A DNA stretch of 64,000 bases, from positions 47,802,001 to 47,866,000 of the forward strand of contig OX597826.1 in the NCBI GenBank assembly GCA_951406725.2. Reading direction: 5' to 3'. Below, one piece after another: positions 28,466 through 40,315 of the stretch; position 1 is the first letter of the stretch, and each line of letters starts with the position of its first letter. This DNA comes from Octopus vulgaris (lineage: Eukaryota). The notes beneath the pieces were generated by a model, which saw nothing but the letters and a program-made list of their open reading frames with translations, ran no database searches and was not told where the DNA came from. The position numbers and the translations under genes were made by a program.

Positions 28466-28696
28466 TTAATAATAATAATAATAGTAATAATAATAGTAAT
28501 AATAATAATAATGATAACATCGAAAAATACCTTAGGAATGAGAACCCAGGTTCGAAATTTCCCCCAAGATACCTGATGAAGGCTGGAGGGTATATCAGCT
28601 GAAATGTTGTGTTAACAACAAACAAAATGGGGAGAAATATCCATCAAATGTAAATAATATACATAATTCCTCATCTCTTAAATATAGAACTGTATT
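28466..28696 (+). mobile_element. Penelope-type terminal repeat P1 (solo copy)
   Basis: (aat)n-catcgaaaaataccttagg..cctgatgaaggctggagggtatatcagctgaaatgttgtgtt..aaatatagaactgta; also at 16684-16826 (-) and 48626-48756 (+). Confidence 0.8.
28568..28613 (+). ncRNA. minimal type I hammerhead-ribozyme-like motif (canonical CUGAUGA core)
   Basis: GAUAC-CUGAUGA-A-GGCUG..CAGCU-GAAAU-GUU-GUGUU; other copies read CAGCC-GAAAC-GU. Confidence 0.65.
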
Positions 28697-29454
28697 AACT
28701 ATGTCAAGGGTGTGCATGTCTGTGGAGTGCTCAGTCACTTGCATGTTAATTTCATGAGGTGATTCAGTGGATTGAATCAATTGGAACCCGTGTTGTCATA
28801 ATCAATAGAGTGCACCAACCATGTTGTCTTATCTTTTAGTTTAAAGAGTAAATAATCATGTGACATTTCCAGAAACTTCCAAGGCTGGTGGGGATGAAGA
28901 AGGAGTTTATCTTCAAACCAAAGACCAAGTCCAAATTCTTACAACAGAGTGGATTCTTCTGTGGTGATGTTGAAATGAATGATTGATGAAGTCCACAACC
29001 CAAGTGGGCCATGGTGAGATTTGAACTCAGAATGATGAAGTCCATAACCCAAGTAGGCCATAGTGAGATTTGAACTCAGAACAAATAATAAAGCAAGCCA
29101 TTCAGTACTATGTTCTTACTGTTTTGTCAAACCACTATCTTGGAGTGGTATAAGTGTGATCTTAACAGAGCAGGGGTGAAGTCAAGTAAAAAGACTACAA
29201 GCGTATTACTGGTACTACTTTATTGAGACTTCCAGAATAAACATTAACATCAGTCCTGGAAGAATTCAAACTCATTGAATATAAATATAAATTTGTTGCT
29301 GTTGTTGTTGTGTGTAGTTCTGATGTTCCAGTATCTGGTTCATGATCTTTGAGTCATGAGAAGAATTCATAGACTGGGTGGCACATGGTGTTTCTAGAGC
29401 AAAGCTCTAAGGCACATCCTTTTACGATACTCCAATACACTCAATTATTGGCTG

Positions 29455-29670
29455 AAGGCTGTGAGTTGGCAGAATCATCTGCATGCAAGGCCAAATACCC
29501 AGTAGCACTTCGTCTGTCTTCATGTTCTGAGTTCAAAATCCGTCATGGTCAGCTTTGCATTTCATCTTTACAGGGTTGATAGAATAAGTACCAGTTGAGC
29601 ACAGGATCAATATAATAAGCTTACCCCCTTCCCTAAAATTGCTATCTTTGTACCAAAATTTGAAACCAAT
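29455..29670 (+). mobile_element. SINE family B, old copy with alternative tail
   Basis: Degenerate head and core; tail ..aaattgct..aaaatttgaaacc. Confidence 0.7.
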
Positions 29671-29873
29671 ATACTCAGCTGCAAATGAGTAATAGAGACT
29701 GACACAGCCCTCTCCTTTCAGCTGTCATATCCTAGAGGTTCTGTTAGACCAAGGATTAGAGGGCAGCACTGGGAGCTTGTCCATGCTTACTCCAGAACAC
29801 ATAGGTACCTAAAACAATTAGCGAAAACAAGCCAAGTGCACCCATGCTGGTGGCACATAACAAAATCAACCTT

Positions 29874-30220
29874 TGAGCATAGGGCCTGATGGAGGCAAAG
29901 TCGCTGAGTACCTTTCAAGTGTTGGACCTCATGGAGGCAAAGTGGTTGAGTTCCTTTCTATTGTTGGGCCTCACAGAGGTGAGGTGACTCAGTTATTTTT
30001 GAGCGGGCCTCATGGAGGTGAGGTGACTGAGCACCTTTCAAGCATTGAGCCTCATGGAGGCAAAGTGGCCAAGCTCCTGGGCCTCATGGCAGCAAAGTAG
30101 CTAAGTTCCTTTCAAACAGGTCTCACAGAGGCAAGGTGGCTGAGTTCCTTTTGAGCATTGGGCCTCATGGGAGCAAGGTGGCTGAGCTCCCTTCGAGTGT
30201 TGGGCCTCACAGAGGCAATG
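29874..30220 (+). repeat. degenerate ~42-bp minisatellite (about 8-9 units)
   Basis: Unit gagcattgggcctcatggaggcaaagtggctgagttcctttc repeated head to tail. Confidence 0.85.
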
Positions 30221-30500
30221 ACCAAGAACTTTGGCATTATGTTGTGCTTGAGAAGACCCATCAAGCTGAGCAAAATCACAGTCATCGTGGATACCAGTGT
30301 CACACAAATGGCACCTGTGCCAGCAGCACGTAAAAACATCTATTACACTCTCAGAGTGGTTGGTGTTAGGAAGGGCATTCAGCCATAGAAAACCATGCCA
30401 AATAAAACTGGATCCTGGTGCAGCCTTCCAACGTGCCAGCCCAGTCAAACTGACCAACCCATGCCAGCATGGACAGCAGACATTAAATGATGATGATGGT
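30195..30500 (+). mobile_element. RTE-like LINE 3' end with (GAT)n tail
   Basis: LGLTEAMT..LWHYVVLEKT ORF end, then UTR ttaggaagggcat..cccatgccagcatgga..ttaaatgatgatgat. Confidence 0.7.
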
Positions 30501-30745
30501 GGTACTGGGACAACCTTCACTCTCTCTAACTGTCATATCCTGAATGTTCAACTGTATCAAGTGTAGAAGGATTGAGATGATGTCTATGTCTCCTCATGAC
30601 TTCCTCAAATATTAACCAAAAAAGGACAACATATGGATGTTTACAGTCGCAGTAAGGAGATCTGTGTAAAGGTATATTTAATACCTGTCCAACAACACTA
30701 ATGAGATTGTCCATATAACATAAGAAGGCTATAAAAGAAAAAATA

Positions 30746-31135
30746 TTGGTTGCAAATTTTGGCACAGAGCCAGCAATTTTAGGGGAGGAGTAGTCAGTAA
30801 CATCAGCACCAGTATTCAACTGATACTTTAGTGACCCCAAAGAGATGAAAGGAAAAGTAAACCTCGGTGAAATTTGAACTCAGAATGTGAAGATAGACAA
30901 AGGACGTCACTAAGAATTTTGCCTGGTGTGCTAACAATTCTGCCAGCATGCTGCCTTATGAAACAAGGTAATATTGGTCTCAAATTTTGGCACAAGGCCA
31001 GAAATTTTATGGACGGGTATCATCAACCACAGTATTCATAAAGCTGACCTCAACAGAATTTGAACACAGGACATGAAGATGAACAAAAAATGCCACTTTA
31101 CATTTTGCCCAGCCAGCTAACGATTCTACCAGCTT
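30746..31135 (-). mobile_element. two tandem old SINE family B copies
   Basis: aaattttggcaca..tttgaac..attctgccagc/attctaccagc occurs twice. Confidence 0.75.
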
Positions 31136-31977
31136 ATAAAAAGAAATATTAAAGACAAAAATACAACAAAATTACACATTTTTTTTTAATGATGTTAAAA
31201 CAAATTGTTACTTTCTAGTTGTTTGGCCATCTTTAAACTCTCAACAGTCATTTATAAATCTCCCTCATGTGTTGAAACGTGTGTATACAATAAAACATTA
31301 GAGAGTGCAAAGTCCTTATGTTATATTAGTGATACAAATTGGGATAAAGATATCAAAATTCATAAGAATCGATAAATTTTAGTATCGTAAATTTCCTGGC
31401 AAATATCCAAAGCATATTAACTGTTTGGTTTGTTTATTTTATATTATATTAGTTTTTGGGTTGTTTTTTAAAAAATATTTTTTAATATTTCATTTTTTTT
31501 TTAAATTTTACATTAGAAATTGAGACATTGGAATCTAACTGTGAGATGGTTATTATCTGATAACTTCAAGAGATTCTTCATAAAAATTGCAGCTGTAAAG
31601 ACAATTATTCTGACAAATATCTCGTTTTTTTTTTATTTAAAAAAAAAACAAGTACACAAATAAATATCACTAAAAAACAGCAAATAAAAAAAGGAAGAGA
31701 ATTATGTTTATTTATTGCAGTAAAAGATATTACCATTATTTATTATCTAAAGAATCTTAATGGAAGAATCAAAATGTCAGACAATCTTTAACATGTGTCG
31801 CTTACATATATACAATCATACATACATACATACACACATAGATACATACATACGTGTGTGTATATGTATATATATGTATATATATATGAATGAATGTATT
31901 TATGTAAGTATATACATATCATGTACATGCAAACATACATACATACAAACATATATCCATGCATGTATGTATATTTA

Positions 31978-32031
<54 letters not shown>

Positions 32032-32125
32032 AGATATATTATTGTTCCTTCTCTTTAGAGTATGTTACGTATATATTACCTACTGATTTTGTTTGCTCTA
32101 TATATTTTTATAATTCTTTTATTAC

Positions 32126-32179
<54 letters not shown>

Positions 32180-32999
32180 CATTATTATTATCATGATTTT
32201 TATTAATAGTATTTTGTACCTAGCAAATAATCCTCATATAACAGTCCCTTTATAGTTAAGGTGATGATATGAGCTAAAAATATTAAAAAAAAAAATTTCG
32301 TTACAAGATCTAGCTTTCTCTAGTCATAAGGGAATAATATATAAATCTCCCGTCTCCAGGATAAGTCACTAATCTATCACATTTAGCACTCAGGAAGAAA
32401 AAACAGTTAAAAGAAACGGTAACAAGTTAATGTACAATATATTGCCGTCTGCTTTCTTATACCTGCCAAAAAATATCAGAAAACTGCTATCTCTCATGAA
32501 AGATAGCAGAAAACTTGCTAAAGTTTTGAACTCCTGACCCACCCACCTCTTAAGTAAAGAGTAGAATATATTATCTCAGACAACTTTGTGTCTCATTAAA
32601 AGAAATAGAAAATACCTATGGCTCTGTTATTGATAAGTCAACAGAACCATTTTTATTTCACACAAATTCATTTAATCATCGCTTAGGATCCATTTTCCAT
32701 GCTGGCAGGAAATTCTTTCCATTTTATTTGTTGTAATTCTTAAGAAATAATTCTGTATTCTCTAGTTTGGTCACTTAGTCTAAAATAAGGGTTAAGTTAG
32801 GCAAATGTTACAGGAAATACCTGTAGCGATTCTGATTTCTCTGTGTGTGGGTGCTTGCATGCACTAAAAGGTTCCAGGCTTATCCATGAGATCGTTGGTA
32901 TTTTCTCTCTGTCTTTGTCACACTCTAATCTTTTATCATCTGATGCAAGATCACCAATTCCATTTCCCCCTCCTCTCTCAAAATTGCAAGTTACTTGGT

Positions 33000-33290
33000 G
33001 ATCATGCTGGCTCTAGTGCCATGTAAAAAGCGACCAGTCCACACTGAAAATTGGTTGGCATTTTGAAGGGCATCCAGCTGTGAAAACCATGCCAAAACTG
33101 ACCTCACCTATGCTGGTACCAAGTAAAAAGCACTCAGTCCACTCTATAGGTTTGATGGTGTTAGGAAGGGCATCCAGCCTGTGTAGTCTCCTACCTGGTC
33201 GGCTTCTGTCCAGCCTGGTGTAGTCTCCTCCTGTCAAACCATCCAACCCAAGCCAGCATAGAAGGCAGATGTTAAGATGATGATGATGGC
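33000..33290 (+). mobile_element. RTE-like 3' UTR fragment with internal duplication and (GAT)n tail
   Basis: gtaaaaagc..cagtccac..gaagggcatccagc occurs twice, then gttaagatgatgatg. Confidence 0.65.
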
Positions 33291-33361
33291 AATGACAATC
33301 ACCACCTAAGAAATTCTATTAAAATATTGTTGTATGCTTTCTTATACCTGTCTGGCCATAT

Positions 33362-33518
33362 AAGGCATAGCTGTGTGGTAAAAAGTTTGCTTCTCAACAA
33401 CATGGTTCTGAGGTCAGTCCCACATCATGCCACCTTCAGCAAGTGACTTCTGTAATAGCCCTGAGCCAACCAAAAGCCTTGAAAGTGGATTGGAGAACAA
33501 AAACTGAAAGTAACTTGT

Positions 33519-33553
<35 letters not shown>

Positions 33554-34005
33554 CGTGCATGATAGATGAATGCCATGATAGATCGTTAGCTCCTACATGC
33601 ATTTTTTTTTCTCTCCTTGTTTCTCTCCTTTTTTTTTTCTGTGTATCTTTCTGTCGAAGAGTGTAGGCTCGAAACGTAAAAGACTTGTTCTATTTCTATT
33701 ACTGAGCGCCATACTAATACATTTGTTTGTTTGTACTCCACCTGCCTTCGTCTTTTGTTTATTTTCGTAAACCTTCCCGTTATATGTTCGTGCACATGCA
33801 CATGTGTGTGTGTGTATCCCACCATGGTTTCACAACTTGTGTTGGTTTGTTTGCCTTCCCATAACTTATTGGCTCAGCAAAAGGGGCCAACAAAATCAGC
33901 ACCTAGCTTTACAAAAAGTACTGTCGTCAATTCATCTAATTAAGATCCTGCAAGGCAGTGCCCCACCATGGCCACCACACTCCAGTGACTGGAACAAATA
34001 AAAGA
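33362..34005 (+). mobile_element. old SINE family A, split in its internal microsatellite by a P2 unit
   Basis: Head at 33362-33545, tail at 33795-34005. Confidence 0.75.
33560..33780 (+). mobile_element. solo P2 unit with 14-bp TSD
   Basis: tatatgttcgtgca at 33546-33559 and 33781-33794; hammerhead-like motif at 33646-33683. Confidence 0.85.
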
Positions 34006-34408
34006 TAACCATCGCTATGCAATTAGTAAAGAATTTCAAGATAAGGTTTTACCAATCTGCATTTAAAAATTTATATAAAGGGTCGTTTGATGCTCTCATC
34101 AGCTTGTTTGCTGTTGTACACAAGATTTTGCAGCAATGTTATGTAACCAAAAACAAATTCCATGCTGACTGAGTTATCTGAAGCAGTACCTAAAATTGAG
34201 TTAACTACTGCAAAGGGGCCAATCTCATTCACCTCATTACAATATTACATTAAATTAAATAACAAAAACATAATTAATGTCTATTGTAAAGTCTAGGGTA
34301 CTTATAGATTTTATTTTATTGGGCCTCATGGAGGCAATGGCAAGTGAACAAGACCTTTGGCGATATGCTATGCTTGAGAAGCATTGTCCAGCCAAGTGAA
34401 ATCATAGT

Positions 34409-34648
34409 GGGGCCACATGGTTTAGTGGTTAGGGTGTCAGCACCATGATCGTAAGATTGTGGTTTCAATTCCTCGACGCGTTGTGTTCTTGAGCAAAAAC
34501 ACTTAATTTCACGTTGCTCCAGCCCACTCAGCTGGCAAAAATGAGTAACGCTGCGATGGACTGGTGTCCCGTCCAGCTGGGGGGAACCCATATGCCATAG
34601 AAACTGGGAAACCAGGCTCATGAGCCTGGCTAAGATTTAAAAGGGCAC
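34409..34648 (+). mobile_element. SINE family C, tail type 3
   Basis: Family C head and core, followed by a tail resembling family D (ggactgg.gtcccgtccag..gaaactgggaaacc..atgag). Confidence 0.8.
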
Positions 34649-34650
34649 AG

Positions 34651-34937
34651 TGGAGCCACATGGCCTAGTGGTTAGAGCAGCGGACTTGCAGTCAAGGGAC
34701 CGCGGGTTCGAATCTCAGACCGGGGGTGATGTGTGTGTTTATGAGCAAAACAGCTAAGCTCCACGCGGCTCAACAGCGAGCTTCTGCTGACTCTTTCACC
34801 GCAACTTTCTCTCACTCTTTCCTCCTGCATCTTGCAGCTCACCTGCGACGTCCCATCCAGGTGGGGAACCTATACGCCAAGGAAACTGGGAAAATCTGCC
34901 CTTATGAGCCTGACATGGCTCGAGAAGGAACAAACAA
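34651..34937 (+). mobile_element. SINE family D (tRNA-like head)
   Basis: tggcctagtggttagagcagcggac..gggttcgaatctc; tail gaaggaacaaacaa. Confidence 0.85.
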
Positions 34938-35292
34938 AAGTGAAATCATAGTCATGGCCAATTCTTGTGTTGTGTAACTGGCACCCATGTTGGTAGCACA
35001 TAAAAGTACCCAGCTGGTGGCAAATAAAAAACACCCATAATGCTTTTGGAGTAGTTGGTGCTAGGAAGAGCATCCAATCAAAGAAACCATGCCAAATCAG
35101 ACTGGAACCCGGTGCATCTCTCCAGTTTACCAGTTCCAGTCAAATCTTCGAACCCATGCCAGCATGGAAAGTGGATTTTTAAATGATGATGGTGATGATT
35201 CTCTACAATGTGTAGCCAACATTCTGGATAGAATGTAAAGGGCACTATATTTAGTGGCATACAAATCAAAATGTTATACAATGCATGTATGT

Positions 35293-35602
35293 TGTTGTTG
35301 TTTGTTCCTTCTACTCAAGCCATACCTGACTCATAAGGGCCAGTTTCCCAGTTTCCTCGGTGTATAGGTTCTCCAGCTGGACAGGACGCCAGTCCGTCGC
35401 AGGTGAGCTGCAAGATGCAGGAGGAAAGAGTGAGAGAAAGTTGTGGCGAACGAGTCAGCAGAAGTTCGCCATTACCTTCTACCAGAGCCGCATGGTGCTT
35501 AGGTGTTTTGCTCGTAAGCACACACATTGCTAGGTCTGAGATTCGAACCCACGATCTCTCGACTGCAAGTCCATGTCTCTAACCACTAGGCCATGTGCCT
35601 CC
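35293..35602 (-). mobile_element. SINE family D with TSD
   Basis: Reverse complement of the 34651 copy; acaatg(c/t)atgtatgt on both flanks. Confidence 0.88.
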
Positions 35603-36138
35603 ACAATGTATGTATGTAGTGTAAACATTCAAACATCATCACTTTCTTTTCAAATCCTGTAGCATTTCACACAGAATTTTTCAGTCCACCAAAGTTATCT
35701 TGGTGTCTAAGTCAACCTACCTCTTTCCATTGTAAATTTTGATCAAAACATTTTAAGTCGAATCTTGGAAAATACAGTATATTCAGTAGAAAAGGTGTGA
35801 GTGCACTTAGGATCCGAATGTGTGTAAAATGACTGATATGTAACATGAAACTCAGTACTAAAAACATATAAATAAATAAATTGAAGTTCACTAAAATTAA
35901 AATCAATAGTTTACGTAATTTCCTAGCAGACATTTACAGCCTGCTTTTGTCATCTGTTCAAATCCGTTTAACTAATTTTCAGGAGTCATGCTTGATGGTA
36001 CCACAACTCCAATTTGTAATACCAGAAAATATTTTCCTTTATAAAGTCATGTAATATAAACAAATAGAAACATACCAAAATACATATTACATGCACAGAT
36101 ACACATACATACATTTATGTAACATGTATACATGTATA

Positions 36139-36275
<137 letters not shown>

Positions 36276-36454
36276 CTTCTTTGTCTGCATTCTTTCCTTA
36301 TATTAAAATTAAAATGTGCCTGAACTGCTCCACCTAAAGAGCACTGGGTGGAGTTAAATAAGTACTTGCCATCGTTTCAGTTCAAGGATTCTAGAATACA
36401 TTATTTTTAATGCAACCATCATAATATTGCACCATGCCTATATATGTATACATG

Positions 36455-36488
<34 letters not shown>

Positions 36489-36675
36489 TATACATACATA
36501 TGCACACATATACATGTATACTCACACATTCATTCACAGACACAAACATACACATTTTCATTCAGATGGTGGCGCTTACAAGACTAGTCCTGTTACTACT
36601 GAGTTTCAAGGTCACCAGAGCACACTTTAGTAATTTCAAAATTGTAAAGAATATAATTATATCAATCTATCTAAA

Positions 36676-36781
36676 TTTTAGGGACGTAAACACACCAACA
36701 TCGACTGTCAAATGATGGCGGGGGGACAAACACAGACACAAACATATATATATATACATAATATATATATGTATGTATATA

Positions 36782-36818
<37 letters not shown>

Positions 36819-37235
36819 CAGCGTATGTACACCTGATATATATATATATATATATATGACAGACTTCTTTCAGTTTCTGTCAACCAAATCCACTCACAAG
36901 GTTTTGGTCAGCCTGAGGCTATAGTAGAAGAACACGTGCCCAAGGTGCCATGCAGTGGGACTGAACTCAGAACCATGTGCTTGAGATGCAAGCTACTTAC
37001 CACACAGCCACTCCTGCACCTATATATATATATATATTCTTTTATTTGTTTCAGTCATTCGAGCACCACCTTTAGTTGAACAAACCGACCTCAGGACTTA
37101 TAATTTGTAAGCCTAGTACTTATTCTATCAGTTCTGTTTTGCTGGCCTGCTAAGTTATGGGGATGTAAACACACCAACATTGGTTGTCAAGCGATGGTGG
37201 ACGGGACAATTATAGACTCACAAACATATACACAT
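36676..37235 (-). mobile_element. two partial SINE family A copies
   Basis: 36676-37021 is head and middle; 37037-37235 is middle and tail. Confidence 0.8.
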
Positions 37236-37469
37236 ATATAGATATTTCAAAAATTTTACAAAAACATAATAGAAAATTTTAAGATTACACCTCATTAGTC
37301 AATGTCCAAAAGATGCTTATAATTTCATGCCTTTAACTCTAATATTGTTCCATTTCGGTGGTGCCAATGGTGAAAAGCCACTGTGACTACTTAACGAACA
37401 TACAGAACAATGACAAAAACAAACACAAGATAAAATATACATATACAGCACAAAATATATACACATACG

Positions 37470-38494
37470 TAGGAGTGGCTGTGTGGTAAGTAGCTTGCTT
37501 ACAAACCACATGGTTCCAGGTTCAGTCCCATCATCATCATCATCATTGTTCGACCGTGGTCGAGACAATGGAATTTACTATGTTGCGCCAGACTTCACGG
37601 TCCATCATAGCATTACGAAGGTCCTGTTGCTGGATGCCTGTATCCCTGGAGATTACATCAGGGTAGGAGAGTGTGCGCCCTCTGGTGTTGCGAGTAGATG
37701 GCTTCCAGAGGAGAAGAGTAGAAATTACTTATTTTTCAGCTCTACAACAATGTCCAGCAAACTGGACTCTCCTACCTTTCACAAGAGATGACACAGGTGG
37801 TAATTTTCCATATATTTGCATTTTAGTTGGATGGCGCCTCCACAAGAGATTTTGAGCTCTCATAAGGAGGTGAGTGTAGGTTTCATCCAACCGCCTCTCA
37901 AGCTTCTTTGATAACGTCCAGGTTTCTGAGCCATATAGTAGGATTGGTTCGACTGTGGCTTTGAATATTTCAAGTTTGAAGGCTCTACTTAGATTTGATG
38001 ACCAGATCTTATGCATGTCATTACAGGCTGACCAGGCCATACCCTTTCTAGTTAGAAAGTCTTTTCCAGATGATGATATGTATAACCCAAGATATTTATA
38101 ATCAGAAACCATATTTAAAGGTGCACTGTTGAGAGTGTGGATGATGCAATCACTGTTGGACAGGTTCAGTCCCACTGCATGGCACCTTGGGCAAGTGTCT
38201 TCTGCTATAGCCTTGGGCCGACCAAAGCCTTGTGAGTGGATTTGGTAGACAGAAACTGAAAGAAGCCCGTCATATATATGTATATATATGTTTGTGTGCC
38301 TGTGTTTGTCCCACCCAACATCACTTGACAACCGATGGTGGTGTGTTTACGTCCCGGTGACGTAGAGGTTCGGCAAAAGAGACCGATAGAATAAGTACTA
38401 GGCTTACGATGAATAAGTGCTGGGGTCGATTTGGTTGACTAAAGGCGGTGCTCCAGCATGGCCGCTGTCATATGACTGAAACAAGTAAAAGAGT
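37470..38494 (+). mobile_element. SINE family A split by an RTE insertion
   Basis: 37470-37530 and 38161-38494 join at caggttcagtccca. Confidence 0.88.
37531..38160 (-). mobile_element. 5'-truncated RTE-clade LINE (RT C-terminal region) with 14-bp TSD
   Basis: DYKYLGLYI..KLEIFKATVEPILLYGSETWTL..RRVQFAGHCCR; (GAT)n tail; TSD at 37517-37530 and 38161-38174. Confidence 0.9.
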
Positions 38495-38892
38495 ATATAC
38501 AGCAAAAAAGATGTGCAGTCAGAAGACAGTCAGATATAGAGTAACACAAAGGAAAATGAAAATGTCTTGTAGGACTGGAGACAAGAGAAGGACAGATAGA
38601 GAGTCAGAACAAAGGGAGAAGTAAAGAATTAGAGAGGCAAAGAGAGAGAAAGAGAGAAGGTGGAAGGCAAAAGAGAGGCAAAGAAAGAGAAGGAAACAGA
38701 AATAGATATTGCACAAACATATTCCAAGAATATCTTACAAATGAGTTTAAAAAAGAAATCAGGAGTGTATAGCATTACGTAAATATTATTGCAAAACTTT
38801 AACAAAAACACGGAAAAGTTTAGAAAACATAACAAACAGAAAATTCACATCTAATTCTTCATCAGTCAACGTCCAAATATAATGCATATATA

Positions 38893-39620
38893 TAGGTGTA
38901 GGAGTGGCTGTGTGGTAAGTAGCTTTATTACCAACCACATGGTTCCGTGTTCAGTCCCACTGTGTGGTACCTTGGGCAAGTGTCTTCTACTATAGCCTCG
39001 AGCCAACCAAAGCCTTGTGAGTGGATTTGGTAGACGGAAACTGAAAGAAGCCCATCGTGCATATATATATACATATATGTGTGTATCAAACCGAGAGTCT
39101 AACTACGGTCCTCCCATACAACTTACATAGCCTTACCTGCCGCCTTGGGTCTTCTGGATACCAATACTTCTCATACATACATATGTATGTTTATATATAT
39201 ATACATATTTATATATATATAGGTGCAGGAGTGGCTTTGTGGTAAGTAGCTTGCTTACCAGCCACATGGTTCCGGGTCCAGTCCCACTGCGTGGCACCTT
39301 GGCCAAGTGTCTTCTACTATAGCCTTGGGCCGACCAAAGCTTTGTGAGTGGATTTGGTTGATCGAAACTGAAAGAAGCCTGTCGTATGTGTGTGTGTGTG
39401 CATGTTTGTGTGTCTGTGTTTGTCCCCCCCCCCACAAACTTCGCTTGACATTCAATGCTGGTGTGCTTATGTCCCTGTCACTTAGCAGTCCGGCAAAAAG
39501 GACCGATAGAATAAGTACTAGGCTTACAAAGGATAAGTCATGGGGTTGATTTTCTCAACTAAAGGTGGTGCCCCAGCATGGCCACAGTCAAATGACTGAA
39601 ACAAATAAAGAATAAAAGAA
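38893..39620 (+). mobile_element. SINE family A: 5' half (38893-39057) and full copy (39221-39620)
   Basis: Both match the family A consensus. Confidence 0.88.
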
Positions 39621-39979
39621 TATATATATAATGCAGTACAATGAATTTTTGAGATGTAGTCCAAGAACTGTGGTACTTAGTAAAGGCATCAGAACATCTG
39701 GTACCATCAATCTATACCAACAATAAATTAAGTCAAATGCAGTGGGCTTCTCTACATTGTTGCTCAGTGGACATGAAAGAGTAGTCAAATCTGACCTCAA
39801 ATTATGTTGTAATGCCGTAAAATTATGACTCATTAAATAGTGTTGCATTAACTACAATATATCAGGAAAAAGGTAGGATGGTCATACCTGGAAATATTTT
39901 GATCATAGTTCAGTAAATGTTGATCTGGGAGTAAACAAGGAAAAATCAACAATTCATATGTGCACCTGGTTTTGAGGAG

Positions 39980-40315
39980 AAAATCAAGCGAGGTTGTTGC
40001 CAAAGAAAACATTAGAGCGAGGTCATTGCCAGTGCTACTGGACTGGCTCCTGTGCAGGTGGCACATAAAAAGCACCATTTGAGTGTGGCTGTTGCCAGTA
40101 CCATCTAACTGGCCCTTGTGCCAGTGGCACGTAAAAGCATCCACTACACTCTCGGAGTGGTTGGCATTAGGAAAGGCATCCAGCTGTAGAAACTCTGCTA
40201 GATCAGATTGGAGTCTGGTGCAGCCATCTGGTTCGCCAGACATCAGTCACATCGTCCAACCCATGCTAGCATGAAAAGCGGATGTTAAACGATGATGATG
40301 ATGATGATGATGATG
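39980..40315 (+). mobile_element. RTE-like 3' UTR with (GAT)n tail
   Basis: gtggcac(a/g)taaaagc occurs twice; gtggttggcattaggaaaggcatccagc; gttaaacgatgatgat. Confidence 0.7.

Larger units (their letters stand above)
28258..28815 (+). mobile_element. SINE family C (tail type 2), split by a P1 insertion
   Basis: 28258-28465 and 28697-28815 join to match 15721-16056. Confidence 0.78.
34318..35200 (+). mobile_element. RTE-like 3' end interrupted by two SINEs
   Basis: LGLMEAMASEQDLWRYAMLEK; TSD aagtgaaatcatagt at 34394-34408 and 34938-34952; (GAT) tail at ~35185. Confidence 0.75.

Noticed and set aside
29874-30220. CRISPR-like regular repeats
   Set aside because: The units are contiguous degenerate copies with no unique spacers, there are no cas genes, and the context is eukaryotic.
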